Positions 20,552 to 30,075 of a stretch of 64,000 nt of DNA are shown piece by piece. The notes under the pieces are model-generated. The model searched no databases. It was not told the origin of the DNA and worked only from the letters and a program-made list of their open reading frames with translations. Numbering within the stretch: position 1 is the stretch's first letter; the number at the start of each line of letters is the position of its first letter. A program made the translations under genes and the position numbers. Origin of the DNA: an uncultured Chloroflexia bacterium (GTDB taxonomy: Bacteria > Chloroflexota > Dehalococcoidia > UBA2979); contig CAVSIV010000002.1 in NCBI GenBank assembly GCA_963728205.1, forward strand, positions 1 through 64,000, given 5' to 3'.

Positions 20552-21679
20552 ATGCCGCGCACGCTCGACGCGATCCTCGACGAACTCGACGCCGTCGCCC
20601 CGGAGGCGCGCACGACCGCGGCTGCCGCCGAGCGCGCGGCGCGGCTCGCGCCGGAGGTGGTCGACGCGCTGCTCGCGCGCCGGCTGCTGCGCCTCTGGTT
20701 GCCGCGCGACCTCGACGGTGACGAGCTGGACCTCGTCGACGCCCTGCACGTCTTCGAGGCGGCGTCGCGCGTGGACGGCGCCTTCGGGTGGACGGTGACG
20801 ATCGGCGTCGGCGGCAACCTGTTCGCCGCGTTCCTCGACGCCGACGGCGCGCGCGAGGTCTTCGGCGCACCCGAGGCCGTCGTCGCGGGGTCCGGCGCGC
20901 CGTCCGGCCGCGCGGACGTCGTCGACGGCGGCTACCGCGCGAGCGGGCGCTGGCGCTTCGCGAGCGGCGCGCCGCACGCCACGTGGTTCACCGCGAACTG
21001 CGTCGTGCACGCGGACGGCTCGCCCATGAGCGCGCCCGGCGGGGGGCCGCTGGTCCGCGCGATGGCATTCCCCGCCGACGCCGTCGAGGTGCTCCACAGC
21101 TGGGACGTCTCGGGGCTGCGCGCGACGTCCAGCCACGACTTCGCGGTCGCCGAGACCTTCGTCCCGGCCCGCCGCACGTTCTCGGTCTTCGCCGGCCCGC
21201 CCCGGGTCGACGCGCCCCTCTACCGCTACCCGTTCACCGGCATCGCGCAGCTGTCGTTCGCGGCGGTCGGGCTCGGCGTCGCTCGCCATGCCGTCGACGC
21301 GTTCACGACCCTCGCCGCGGAGCAGCGTTCGACCGCGGCCGGCGGCGCCCTGCTGCGCGACGTCCCGGTCGCGCGCCTGCGGCTCACGGAGGCGGAGGCG
21401 ACGCTGGCGTCGGCGCGGGCGCTCCTCTTCGACGCCGCGCGTGACACCTGGCTCACGGTGTGCGCCGGCGACGCGGTCGCGCCGGCGGACGAGCGCCGCG
21501 TGGCGCTCGCCTCTGTGCATGCCGCCGCGTCGGCGGCTCGCGCGACCGAGTTGCTGCAGTCGGTCGCCGGCACGTCGGTGCTGCTCATGGATTCGGACCT
21601 CGGCCGCTGCTGGCGCGACGCGCACGCCGTCACGCAGAACGCGCTCGTGTCCGCGGTTGCCCCGCTGCCGGGGGACTAG
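20552..21679 (+). CDS. Acyl-CoA dehydrogenase-fold flavin-dependent hydroxylase (HsaA-like)
   Basis: SGRWRFASGAPHATW, WDVSGLRATSSHD, RCWRDAH. Confidence 0.82.
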   Translation: MPRTLDAILDELDAVAPEARTTAAAAERAARLAPEVVDALLARRLLRLWLPRDLDGDELDLVDALHVFEAASRVDGAFGWTVTIGVGGNLFAAFLDADGAREVFGAPEAVVAGSGAPSGRADVVDGGYRASGRWRFASGAPHATWFTANCVVHADGSPMSAPGGGPLVRAMAFPADAVEVLHSWDVSGLRATSSHDFAVAETFVPARRTFSVFAGPPRVDAPLYRYPFTGIAQLSFAAVGLGVARHAVDAFTTLAAEQRSTAAGGALLRDVPVARLRLTEAEATLASARALLFDAARDTWLTVCAGDAVAPADERRVALASVHAAASAARATELLQSVAGTSVLLMDSDLGRCWRDAHAVTQNALVSAVAPLPGD

Positions 21680-21721
21680 CGCGGGTCGGCGACCGGCGAC
21701 CGGCGACAGGATCGGCGGGGC

Positions 21722-22717
21722 TCACGCCCGCGCACGGGGCGTCACGCCCGCATCCGCGTAGAGCCGCGTCATCGCGGCGACCATCTCCGTCATGCGCTCG
21801 CGGGCCTCGGGCGGCTCGAGCACCTCCACCTCGCCGCCGAGCTGTAGCAGCCCGACGACGGCGTGCTCGATCGACTCCGCCGGGAGGGTGAGCGTCGTCC
21901 AGCCGTCGTCGCCGGGCTCGCCCTCCTGCTCGCGCAGGGCGCGTCCCACGGCCGGCGGGAGGATCACGCCGGCGCGCGCGCGGCCGGCCGGCGAGAGCCG
22001 GACACGCACCTCGGTGCGATAGAGGCTGCGCTCGAACCGGGCTGCCCACTCGCGCCAGTACGCCGCGAGGTCGAAATCGTCGGGGCGCTCGAAACGCTCG
22101 GGGAGCGTCGTGAGCTCGAGGATGCGGGACACCCGGTACGTCCGCACCGTCCCGTCGGCGCGCGCGACCGCGTACCAGGCGCCGCCCTTCACCACGATGC
22201 CAAGCGGCTCGAGCGTGCGCTCCACCTCGCCGCGCCAGCGCCGGTAGCGCACGCGCAGGCGCCGCTGCTCCCACGCGGCGTCGGCGATGGCGGCGAGGTG
22301 CGGCGTTGGCTCGCTCTCCTGGAACCACCCCGGCGCATCGAGGAAGAAGCGCTCGCGGATGCGACCGGCGCGCGACCTGAGCTCCGGGGGCAGCGCCGTC
22401 TGCAGCTTGAGCTGCGCCGACGCCAGCACGGTCCCGAGCCCGAGATCCGCCGCCTGATCGGGCATGCCGGCGAGCGCCAGCGCCTCCGCCTCGTCGTCGG
22501 TCAGCCCGTTGAGGCGCGCACGGTAGCCGTCGAGCAGCCGGTATCCGCCGGCGGGGCCGCGGTCGGCGTAGACCGGCACGCCGGCCGCGCCCAGCGACTC
22601 GAGGTCGCGATACACGGTGCGCAGCGACACTTCGAGCTCGTCGCCAATCTCGCGAGCGGTCATGCGGCCGCGCGCCTGGAGCAGCAGCAGGGTGGTGAGC
22701 AGGCGGCTGGCGCGCAG
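21722..22717 (-). CDS. HTH-WYL transcriptional regulator (YafY/PafC-like), apparent CTG start
   Basis: LEVSLRTVYRD HTH, PLGIVVKGGAWY, YRVSRI; frame extends upstream as (L)RASRLLTTLLLLQARGRM behind AAGGGAG. Confidence 0.9.
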   Translation of the reverse strand: MRASRLLTTLLLLQARGRMTAREIGDELEVSLRTVYRDLESLGAAGVPVYADRGPAGGYRLLDGYRARLNGLTDDEAEALALAGMPDQAADLGLGTVLASAQLKLQTALPPELRSRAGRIRERFFLDAPGWFQESEPTPHLAAIADAAWEQRRLRVRYRRWRGEVERTLEPLGIVVKGGAWYAVARADGTVRTYRVSRILELTTLPERFERPDDFDLAAYWREWAARFERSLYRTEVRVRLSPAGRARAGVILPPAVGRALREQEGEPGDDGWTTLTLPAESIEHAVVGLLQLGGEVEVLEPPEARERMTEMVAAMTRLYADAGVTPRARA

Positions 22718-22739
22718 GGCGGGCTCCCTTCGCTGATGT

Positions 22740-22754
22740 TGTCAGGAACTGACA
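22740..22754. promoter_or_regulatory. Candidate operator TGTCAG-GAA-CTGACA between divergent WYL regulator and DinB genes
   Basis: Perfect 6-bp inverted repeat in an 86-bp divergent gap. Confidence 0.45.
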
Positions 22755-22803
22755 GGAATACGTGACACGATACGCCGTGCCGCGCGCAGGAAGGGACCCG
22801 CCG

Positions 22804-23280
22804 ATGGCCGACCTCCCGGAGACGTTGCTCTCGCTGATCGACTACGACGGCTGGGCGATGCACCGCGTGCTCGAAGCGGCGGCGACGCTCACGGCAGAGC
22901 AACTCGCCGCGCCCGCGGGCGCCCCCGACCGCTCCATCCACCGGCTGCTCGTGCACCTCAACACGACGTTCCGCTTCTGGGCGTCGTCGCTGCAGGGGCG
23001 GGGCGAGCCGGACTGGAGCACGCTCCGCGTCTCCAGCGTGGGGGAGATCCGCACCTGGTCCGACGGCGTGCGCGCGGAGTTCCGGGAGTGGGTCGCCCGG
23101 CTCGGCGTCGCGGACCTCGACCGCACCGTGAGCCGCGGCGACATGACGGTCACCTGGGCGCAGGCAATCACGCAGTGCCTCGAGCACGCAATCCACCATC
23201 GCGGGGAAATCGCGTCGCTGCTGACGGACGTCGGCCACAGCCCCGGGGACCTCGACTACCTCGGATTCCTGCGTTCGTGA
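22804..23280 (+). CDS. DinB family protein
   Basis: DYDGWA, SIHRLLVH, HAIHHRGEI. Confidence 0.9.
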   Translation: MADLPETLLSLIDYDGWAMHRVLEAAATLTAEQLAAPAGAPDRSIHRLLVHLNTTFRFWASSLQGRGEPDWSTLRVSSVGEIRTWSDGVRAEFREWVARLGVADLDRTVSRGDMTVTWAQAITQCLEHAIHHRGEIASLLTDVGHSPGDLDYLGFLRS

Positions 23281-23353
23281 CGGCAACCGGCCCGGCGATC
23301 GGGGCGAGTGCGGGTTAGCTGCCCTGTGTTCGCGACGACAGAGGAGGAGATCG

Positions 23354-23755
23354 ATGACCCAACGCGCCACCGCCCGCTACGAGGGCACCGGCTGGGACGA
23401 GCACGTGGTCAGCGCGACGGAGGGTGATCCCGTGAAGGTCGCGCGCGCGGACGTCACCAACCGCTTCGCCGGTGACATCGTCGGTGACGGCACGTGCGAG
23501 TACGTCATCACCTATCGCGCCGACGGCACGGCCGCGTTCGTCGGCGCCGAACGCGTCGTCGGACGGGTCGCCGACCGCGAGGGCGCGTTCGTCCTGCAGC
23601 ACGTCGGCGAGTGGATCGACGGCGCGGCGCACGCGACGTCGACGGTCGTCCGGGGCTCGGGCAGCGGCGCGCTGGCCGGCATCCGCGGCGAGGCGCGCTT
23701 CGTCGCCGGCCACGAGCCGGCGCAGTTCGTGCTCGAATACGACTTCGACGCATGA
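23354..23755 (+). CDS. DUF3224 family beta-barrel protein
   Basis: FVGAERVVG, GAFVLQH, GSGSGALAGIRG; GAGGAG RBS. Confidence 0.85.
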   Translation: MTQRATARYEGTGWDEHVVSATEGDPVKVARADVTNRFAGDIVGDGTCEYVITYRADGTAAFVGAERVVGRVADREGAFVLQHVGEWIDGAAHATSTVVRGSGSGALAGIRGEARFVAGHEPAQFVLEYDFDA

Positions 23756-23863
23756 CCGCGGCGCGCGCGCGGAGCGAACTCGGGATCGGCACGGCGGGAC
23801 GTCAGCGTAATCCCGGACCTCGCGGCTGGCGCCGGCACGCTACGCTGGTCGTCGGAGGTCGCG

Positions 23864-24091
23864 ATGCCACAGCCCGGTATTGGACTCGCGCTGATCGGCG
23901 CCACGTACGGCGTGATCGGCTACCTCTTCGGCAAGGTTCTGTTTCTGGCCGGGGTCAGCCTGGTGGTGCAGATCGTGGCCGGCAATCCGTGGGCGGCGTT
24001 GCTGATCGCTCCCGCGCTCGCGGCCGTCGTGCTGGTCTGGATGTCTGCACGCGGGCTCGCCGGGGCCCTGCGCGCTTCGCCCTGGCGCTGA
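23864..24091 (+). CDS. Small membrane protein
   Basis: GGAGG RBS, hydrophobic 75-aa ORF co-oriented with neighbours. Confidence 0.6.
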   Translation: MPQPGIGLALIGATYGVIGYLFGKVLFLAGVSLVVQIVAGNPWAALLIAPALAAVVLVWMSARGLAGALRASPWR

Positions 24092-24116
24092 TCGGCGCAC
24101 TGCACCGGGCGCCGGC

Positions 24117-24857
24117 ATGACGCCGCGTCGCCGCTCCGCCGCATACGACGTCTACCTCGAGTCGGGCCCGCGTCGACGCAAGACGATGGTCCACGTGCTC
24201 GACCTGCTCGGCTGCGTCGCCACCGGCCCGACGACCGACGACGCTCTCGCGGCGACGCCCGACGCGATCCGCGCCTACCTCCGCTTCCTCGCGCGTCACG
24301 GCGAGCGCGTCGATCCCGCGGCGCCCGTCGAAACGCGCGTCGCGGAGCACGTGACCGAGGGCGACTGGCTGGGCAACGGTTCGCCCTACCTCGTCTTCGC
24401 GCCAGACTTCGAGCCGGTCTCCGCCGCCGAGGCGAAGCGGCTGCTCGAACGCTTCCGCTGGATGAGCGAGGACCTCGCGGCGTGGGCCGAGACGCAGAGC
24501 GACCGCCGGCTCGACGCGGCAGCGCGGGGCGAGCGCGGCCGCACCGCGCGCGCGATTCTGCTGCACGTCATCGGGCCGACGGGCTCGTACCTGTCGGCGT
24601 CGCTTGGCGGGGTGAAGGGGTTCTCGCACGTGGCGGGGATGGCCGAGCGCGGGGAGATGCCGCTCGGCGAGGCGCTTCGCACGGTCGCCGCGATGGCCGC
24701 CGACGCGGTGGCCGCGGCCACCCCCGAGCAGCGCACCGCCGTGATCGAGCGCCCGAAGGACACGCGCACGTTGCGCAAGTCAATCCGGCGGATGCTCGAG
24801 CACTGCTGGGAGCACACCGCCGAGCTCTCGCGCCGGCCCGGGGGACCTCGGCTGTAA
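24117..24857 (+). CDS. HicB-like N-terminal domain fused to DinB-like helical domain
   Basis: DLLGCVATGPTTDDALAATPDAI (HicB-like); ARAILLHV and RRMLEHCWEH (DinB-like). Confidence 0.65.
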   Translation: MTPRRRSAAYDVYLESGPRRRKTMVHVLDLLGCVATGPTTDDALAATPDAIRAYLRFLARHGERVDPAAPVETRVAEHVTEGDWLGNGSPYLVFAPDFEPVSAAEAKRLLERFRWMSEDLAAWAETQSDRRLDAAARGERGRTARAILLHVIGPTGSYLSASLGGVKGFSHVAGMAERGEMPLGEALRTVAAMAADAVAAATPEQRTAVIERPKDTRTLRKSIRRMLEHCWEHTAELSRRPGGPRL

Positions 24858-24860
24858 CGG

Positions 24861-25049
24861 CGGCCGACGGCCGCCGCGGGCGTACAGCAGGCGTTACGCC
24901 TGCTGCTCGGCCGACGGCCGCCGCGGGCGTACAGCAGGCGTTACGCCTGCTGCTGTTGCGCCGACCACCGGCCTCCCGTCAGCAGCGGGCGTGATGCCCG
25001 CAGCCGGCGCCGACCACCCGCGTTCCCGGGCAGCGGGCGCTATGCCCGC
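24861..25049. repeat. Two 47-bp direct repeats with hairpin AGCAGGCG-TTA-CGCCTGCT plus two related GCGGGC...GCCCGC hairpins between convergent genes
   Basis: 24861-24907 equals 24908-24954; related hairpins at ~24985 and ~25033. Confidence 0.85.
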
Positions 25050-25822
25050 CGTTCGCCGCCGGCGCGACCTGCCTCGAGCGCCGACAGCAGGCGCGCCTTC
25101 AGCGCGGCGAACTCCGGCGTCGTCGTGGTGTGCGCGGTGCGCGGGCGCTCCAGCGGCACGTCGACGCACTCGACGACGCGACCCGGCCGCGCGGAGAGCA
25201 CGACGACCGCGTCCGACAGCACCAGCGCCTCCTCGATGTCGTGCGTGACGAAGAGCACGCTGCGGCGGTCGGCGCGCCACACGTCCTGCAGCCACTCGTG
25301 CATGTCGCGGCGCGTGATCGCGTCGAGCGCGCCGAACGGCTCGTCGAGCAGCAGCGTGTCGCGCGGCATGAGGAACGTGCGCAGCAGGGCGAGCCGCTGG
25401 CGCATGCCGCCCGACAGCTGACCTGGCCACGCGCGTTCGAAGCCGGCGAGGCCGAAGCGCTCGAAGAGCGCCGCCGCCCGCGCACGGGCCTCGTCCGCGG
25501 GCACGCCCGCCACCTGCGCGCCGAGCGTCGCGTTCGCGAGCGCCCGCCGCCACGGCAACAGCAGGTCGCGCTGCGGCATGAACGCGACGCGCCCCGGGCG
25601 GCCGGCGACCGCCGCGCCGTCGACGAGCGCGTCCCCGGCGTCGGGCACGACGAGCCCCGCGAGCATCCGCAGCAGCGTGCTCTTCCCGCACCCGCTCGGC
25701 CCGACGAGGCTGACGAACCGCCCGTGCTCGACGCGCAGCGACACGTCGTCGAGCACGGCGACCGGGGGGTCGGCGGCAAAGGCGTGCGTCACGCCGCGCA
25801 GTTCGATCGCGGGTTCGACCAT
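25040..25822 (-). CDS. ABC ATPase, nitrate/sulfonate/HMP family (ThiZ-like)
   Basis: GPSGCGKS, LSGGMRQ, LLLDEPFGALD. Confidence 0.9.
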   Translation of the reverse strand: MVEPAIELRGVTHAFAADPPVAVLDDVSLRVEHGRFVSLVGPSGCGKSTLLRMLAGLVVPDAGDALVDGAAVAGRPGRVAFMPQRDLLLPWRRALANATLGAQVAGVPADEARARAAALFERFGLAGFERAWPGQLSGGMRQRLALLRTFLMPRDTLLLDEPFGALDAITRRDMHEWLQDVWRADRRSVLFVTHDIEEALVLSDAVVVLSARPGRVVECVDVPLERPRTAHTTTTPEFAALKARLLSALEAGRAGGERRA

Positions 25823-25912
25823 CGCCCCCCTCGTTCGCTCCACGACGCCCGGCACGCCGCCCCCCGCCGCCGGAACCGGCCGTGGCTACCGACCGTCCGA
25901 CGCCGGAACGCC

Positions 25913-25990
25913 TCCCGCTCGTGGTGAGAGGCTTCCCATTCGTGGTGAGCGAAGCTTCCCGTTCGTGGTGAGCGAAGTCGAACCACGAAC
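25913..25990. repeat. Three tandem TCGTGGTGAG units ending in hairpin GTTCGTGGT-N12-ACCACGAAC
   Basis: Directly visible; arms 25961-25969 and 25982-25990. Confidence 0.8.
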
Positions 25991-25992
25991 CT

Positions 25993-27102
25993 CTACGGCT
26001 TGGGCAGGAAGTCGTTCGTGAACGCCGCCGCCGGGTCCACGTGCTGGTCGATCACCTGCTTCTGCTCCAGGAACGACTCGAAGCCCTGCCAGATCTTCGG
26101 GTCCTGCACGCCCCACGGCTGCCCCGCGTCCGCGAAGCGCGACGCGTAGTACTGCGTCGCGTCCTTCACCAACGCCGGGTCGAGCTCGGGGGCGAGCTTC
26201 AGCAGCGCCGACGCCGCCTCGTCCGGGTGCGCGATCGCCTCCTGGTAACCGCGCGCGGTCGCCGCGAGGAACGCCTTCACCACGTCGGGGTGGTCCTTGA
26301 TCTCGGCCTCGTTCGTGATGATGAGCGGGGTGTACCAGTCCGGGATGCACTTGGTGTAGTCGATGAACTTGATGGTGTTGATCTGCTTGTGGAGGATGTC
26401 GCGCGAACGCAGCGCGTCCCAGCCCTCGAAGACCCACACGAAGTCGTAGCGGCCCTGCTCCATCCCAGCGACATAATCCACGTTCCCGACGTCGACGAAC
26501 TTGATGGTCGTCGGGTCGCCGCCGTCGCACGAGACGAGCTGGTCGATCAGCGCCTTCTCGAGCGTGCCGCCGAACGCGCCATACGTCTTGCCGCTGAGGT
26601 CGCGCGGGCGGGTGATGCCGGTCGACGCGAGCGCCATGAGGCTGGAGTCGTCGTGGGGGAGGATGGTCGCGATCGACACGAGCGGCAGGCCCTGGGCGCG
26701 CGCGGGGATCACGGACTCGGCCTGCGACACGCCGAACTGCGCCTTGCCGGCCGCGACGACCGCTTCGGTGCCGGCCTCGGCCGGCTCGACGATCTTCACG
26801 TCGAGCCCGGCGTCGGCGTACCAGCCGTTGGCCTTCGCGATGTAGATGCCGGCGTGGTGCGCGTTCGGCGTCCAGTTCAGCATCAGCGTGATCGGGGTGA
26901 GCGAGCCGGAGCTGCCGGACGCCGGCACGGTCGTGGCGGCGCCGGTCGACGTCGCGGTGGGCGACGTGGCGGCCGTCGCCGCGCCGGTGGCGGTCGTGGT
27001 GGCGGCGGGCGTGGCGGTGGCCGATCCGCCGCTACACGCCGCGGCGAGCGCGACGAGCAACGCGGCGGCGGCCAGTGCGGCGAACCGCGATGCGGAGCGC
27101 AT
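25993..27102 (-). CDS. NMT1/THI5-like substrate-binding lipoprotein (ThiY-like)
   Basis: AAAC lipobox, LNWTPNAHHAGIYIA, GYQEAIAHPDEAA. Confidence 0.9.
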   Translation of the reverse strand: MRSASRFAALAAAALLVALAAACSGGSATATPAATTTATGAATAATSPTATSTGAATTVPASGSSGSLTPITLMLNWTPNAHHAGIYIAKANGWYADAGLDVKIVEPAEAGTEAVVAAGKAQFGVSQAESVIPARAQGLPLVSIATILPHDDSSLMALASTGITRPRDLSGKTYGAFGGTLEKALIDQLVSCDGGDPTTIKFVDVGNVDYVAGMEQGRYDFVWVFEGWDALRSRDILHKQINTIKFIDYTKCIPDWYTPLIITNEAEIKDHPDVVKAFLAATARGYQEAIAHPDEAASALLKLAPELDPALVKDATQYYASRFADAGQPWGVQDPKIWQGFESFLEQKQVIDQHVDPAAAFTNDFLPKP

Positions 27103-27107
27103 GGTCG

Positions 27108-27953
27108 TCACGGGCGGGATTCCTCTCTCCTCGAGACCTGGGTCCAGGGCATGGCGATCCGGGCGAGCCACTCGACCGCGCCGAACAGCGCGATGCTCAT
27201 GGTCGCCACCACGGCGATACCCACGAACACCTGGTCCGTGCGGAACGCCGTCTGCGAACGCGTGATGAAGAGGCCGAGCCCCGAGCTGGCGCCGACCCAC
27301 TCGCCGATGACCGCGCCGATCACCGCGTAGGCCGCGCCGATCTTCAGCCCCGCGAAGAACGACGGCACGGCCGACGGCACCCGCACCGTCCACAGCACCT
27401 GCAATCGCGAGGCGCCCATGCTGCGCACGAGGTCGACCATCTCGGCGTCGGCGTTGCGCAGTCCGTCGACCGTGTTCACGACGATCGGGAAGAAGCCGAC
27501 CAGCGCGACGACGATCACCTTCGGCGTCATGCCGAAGCCGAACCAGACGATCAGCAGCGGCGCCAGCACGATCAGCGGCACGTTCTGCGAGATCACGAGC
27601 AGCGGGTAGAGCACGCGCCGCACGAGCCCCACGCTCGCGATGAGCGCGGCGAGCACAACGCCGGCCACGGCGGACACGGCCAGCCCGATCAGCGCCTCGG
27701 AGCCGGTCGTGCGGATGTGCGTGGGGAGCAGGTGGCGCGTGGCGACGAACGCGTGCCAGATGCGCGTGGGCGCCGGGAGCAGGTACGGCGGCGTGTCGCG
27801 CGCGCTCACGATCCACTGCCACAGCAGCACGAGCCCGATGAGCAGCGCCGCCGCCGGTGCGACGTCGAGCGCAGTGCGCGCGGCGCGCGGCAGTCGCACG
27901 CCGCCCCGCGTGGCCGTGCGCGGCGTGGGGCGCGGGCCGGTGGTGGCGGCCAT
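27108..27953 (-). CDS. ABC permease (ThiX-like)
   Basis: LLPAPT, QNVPLIVLAPL, SMGAS, IGEWVGASSGLG. Confidence 0.9.
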   Translation of the reverse strand: MAATTGPRPTPRTATRGGVRLPRAARTALDVAPAAALLIGLVLLWQWIVSARDTPPYLLPAPTRIWHAFVATRHLLPTHIRTTGSEALIGLAVSAVAGVVLAALIASVGLVRRVLYPLLVISQNVPLIVLAPLLIVWFGFGMTPKVIVVALVGFFPIVVNTVDGLRNADAEMVDLVRSMGASRLQVLWTVRVPSAVPSFFAGLKIGAAYAVIGAVIGEWVGASSGLGLFITRSQTAFRTDQVFVGIAVVATMSIALFGAVEWLARIAMPWTQVSRREESRP

Positions 27954-28252
27954 CAGGCGGAGCGGAACTTGCCGGTGAGGCTGTCGATGGTCGACTGCCG
28001 CTCCGGCTCGCGCGACTGCGCGACCTTGATCACCGTGACCGCGCTGTCGGCGCCGTCGGCGAGGCAGGCCTCGTGGATGCGGCGCAGCAGCGGCCAGAGG
28101 GCGTCGGGCTCGGCCTCGAGCGTGGTGCCGAGCGCGTCGACCTCGTAGCGGAGGCCGGACTGCTGGATGACGGCAATCGCCGCCTCGATGTGGCGGTAGC
28201 GGTTATCGGCCGTCCCGGCGGGACTGGGCAGGCACTGGATCTCGACGATCAC
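27953..28252 (-). CDS. Thiamine-binding protein (MTH1187/YkoF family)
   Basis: HIEAAIAVIQQSGLRYEVDALGTTLE; first gene behind the TPP riboswitch. Confidence 0.85.
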   Translation of the reverse strand: MIVEIQCLPSPAGTADNRYRHIEAAIAVIQQSGLRYEVDALGTTLEAEPDALWPLLRRIHEACLADGADSAVTVIKVAQSREPERQSTIDSLTGKFRSA

Positions 28253-28388
28253 GGCAGGGTTCCCCTCGGCTGGCGCACCCGCGTGCCGTGGGGGAACCGA
28301 TGGCTCGGCCGTCGAGGTGCTGGGCCCGCGCGCGCGGTGCGCTGTGGGGGCCGAGAAGAGAGGTCGGACGCTCGCCGTCGAGCCTCAC

Positions 28389-28471
28389 GCCGCTTCCCTA
28401 CGCTCGCATTACCGAGGTCAGGTTCCTGGGGTCGTCCTCGCGGATCTCAGCCTTGCGGCCCCCCCAGCGGC
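28389..28471 (-). ncRNA. TPP riboswitch
   Basis: Minus strand GCCGCT-GGGG...CTGAGA...ACCC.AGGAACCTGA...GGTAATGC..GCGTAGGGA-AGCGGC with P1 GCCGCT/AGCGGC, upstream of thiamine-related operon. Confidence 0.95.
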
Positions 28472-28560
28472 ACGCCGTGCCTGGCACGGTCTGTGTGGCG
28501 CGAGCGTATGGCGGCGGTCCGGCGACCGTCAACGCGATAGGATGCGGCGCGCGGCAGGGG

Positions 28561-28638
28561 GCGCGCGGCGGGCTTCAGGCCCGTCGTGTGTCGAGCGCGC
28601 CTCGGCCCGCCCACAGCGGCGGCAGACATGCCGCCGAC
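28561..28638. repeat. REP-like composite: GCGCGCGGCGGGCTTCAGGCCCG plus CCACAGCGGCGGCAGACATGCCGCCGAC
   Basis: Same two palindromes at 694-774, 60853-60986 and 63063-63218. Confidence 0.8.
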
Positions 28639-28738
28639 AGAGCGGAGGCGTACTGCCGCCGCGCGCCGAGAACGTCGCGCGACCGGCACCCACGGCAGGC
28701 CGGATGGCTGCCGCGCGCCGAGAACAGGAGGCCATCCC

Positions 28739-29536
28739 ATGCCCGGACGTGTCGACGGCAAGGTCGCGCTCGTGATCGGCGGCGGGCAGACGCCCGGCGC
28801 CACCATCGGCAACGGGCGCGCCACCGCGCTCCTCCTCGCCCGCGAGGGCGCGCGCGTGATGGTCGGGGACATGGACGCCGCTCGCGCGGCCGACACGGTC
28901 GCCGCCATCCGCGCCGAGGGTGGCGAGGCCGAGCCGCAGGTCGTCGACGTCACCGACGAGGCGTCGGTGCACGCCGCCGTCGACGCGTGCGTCGCGCGCT
29001 TCGGCCGGCTCGACGCGCTGCACAACAACGTCGGCGCCAGCCTCGCGCTCGGGGACGCGCCGGGCACGGATCTCTCGGTCGAGGCGTGGGACCGCATCTT
29101 CAACGTGAACCTCCGCGGCATGTGGCTGGCCTGCAAGTGGGCGATCCCGGTGATGCGCGCGCAGGGCGGCGGCTCGATCGTGAACATCTCGTCGATGGCC
29201 GCGATGCACGCCTACCCGTATGTCGGCTACAAGACGTCGAAGATGGGCGTGATCGGGCTCACCGAGTACCTCGCCGGCCAGCACGCGCGCGACATGATTC
29301 GCGTGAACGCCATCCTTCCCGGGCTGATGAACACGCCGATGGCGATCGAGCCGCGCGTCGCGGCCGGCACCCCGCGCGACGAGGTCGTCGCCTCGCGCAA
29401 CGCGCGTGTGCCGCTCGGACGCGAGATGGGCTCCGGGTGGGACGTCGCCTACGCCGCGCTCTACCTGCACTCCGACGAGGCGCGCTTCGTCACCGGCGTG
29501 GTGCTGCCGGTCGACGGCGGGGCACGGGTTGGCTAG
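28739..29536 (+). CDS. Short-chain dehydrogenase/reductase
   Basis: GGGQTPGATIGNG, NNVG, YKTSK, VDGG; AGGAGG RBS. Confidence 0.92.
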   Translation: MPGRVDGKVALVIGGGQTPGATIGNGRATALLLAREGARVMVGDMDAARAADTVAAIRAEGGEAEPQVVDVTDEASVHAAVDACVARFGRLDALHNNVGASLALGDAPGTDLSVEAWDRIFNVNLRGMWLACKWAIPVMRAQGGGSIVNISSMAAMHAYPYVGYKTSKMGVIGLTEYLAGQHARDMIRVNAILPGLMNTPMAIEPRVAAGTPRDEVVASRNARVPLGREMGSGWDVAYAALYLHSDEARFVTGVVLPVDGGARVG

Positions 29537-29571
29537 CGGGCGCGCGGCGCGGCCGCCGCGGGGGGCAGAGG

Positions 29572-30075
29572 ATGACGACCGATCTGCGTGAAGGCGCGCT
29601 CGCGACGCTGGCCGCGACCCCCGGCGTCCTGCGTGCTCTGCTCACGCCGCTTCCCGCCGCGCTGGTCGACACGCCCGCCGACGGCGACTGGTCGCCGCGC
29701 GACGTCGCCGCCCACCTGCTGCTGACGAACCGCATCGGCGCGCTCGCGCGCATGCGCAGCATCGTCGACGCGGACGAACCCGCGCTGCAGAACAACGACG
29801 AGGACGAGGAACTCCGCCGCTCCGGCCTGCGCGCGCAGCCGCTCGCCGAGCTGCTCGACGCCTTCGCGGCGCGTCGGGCAGAGGACGTCGCGTGGCTGCG
29901 CGCGCTCGATCCGGCCGCGCTCGCCCGCGCGGGCACGCACTCCGCCGCCGGGCGCGTCACCGCGGAGGAGTTCCTCTTCCACGCCGCCTACCACGATCTC
30001 CTGCACCTGGAGCAGCTCTCGCGCATGCTCGGCGCCGCCTACGAGCCGCGCCGCGGCGGGATGCGCAGGTTCTAA
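29572..30075 (+). CDS. DinB family protein
   Basis: WSPRDVAAHL, HAAYHDLLHLEQL. Confidence 0.88.
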   Translation: MTTDLREGALATLAATPGVLRALLTPLPAALVDTPADGDWSPRDVAAHLLLTNRIGALARMRSIVDADEPALQNNDEDEELRRSGLRAQPLAELLDAFAARRAEDVAWLRALDPAALARAGTHSAAGRVTAEEFLFHAAYHDLLHLEQLSRMLGAAYEPRRGGMRRF

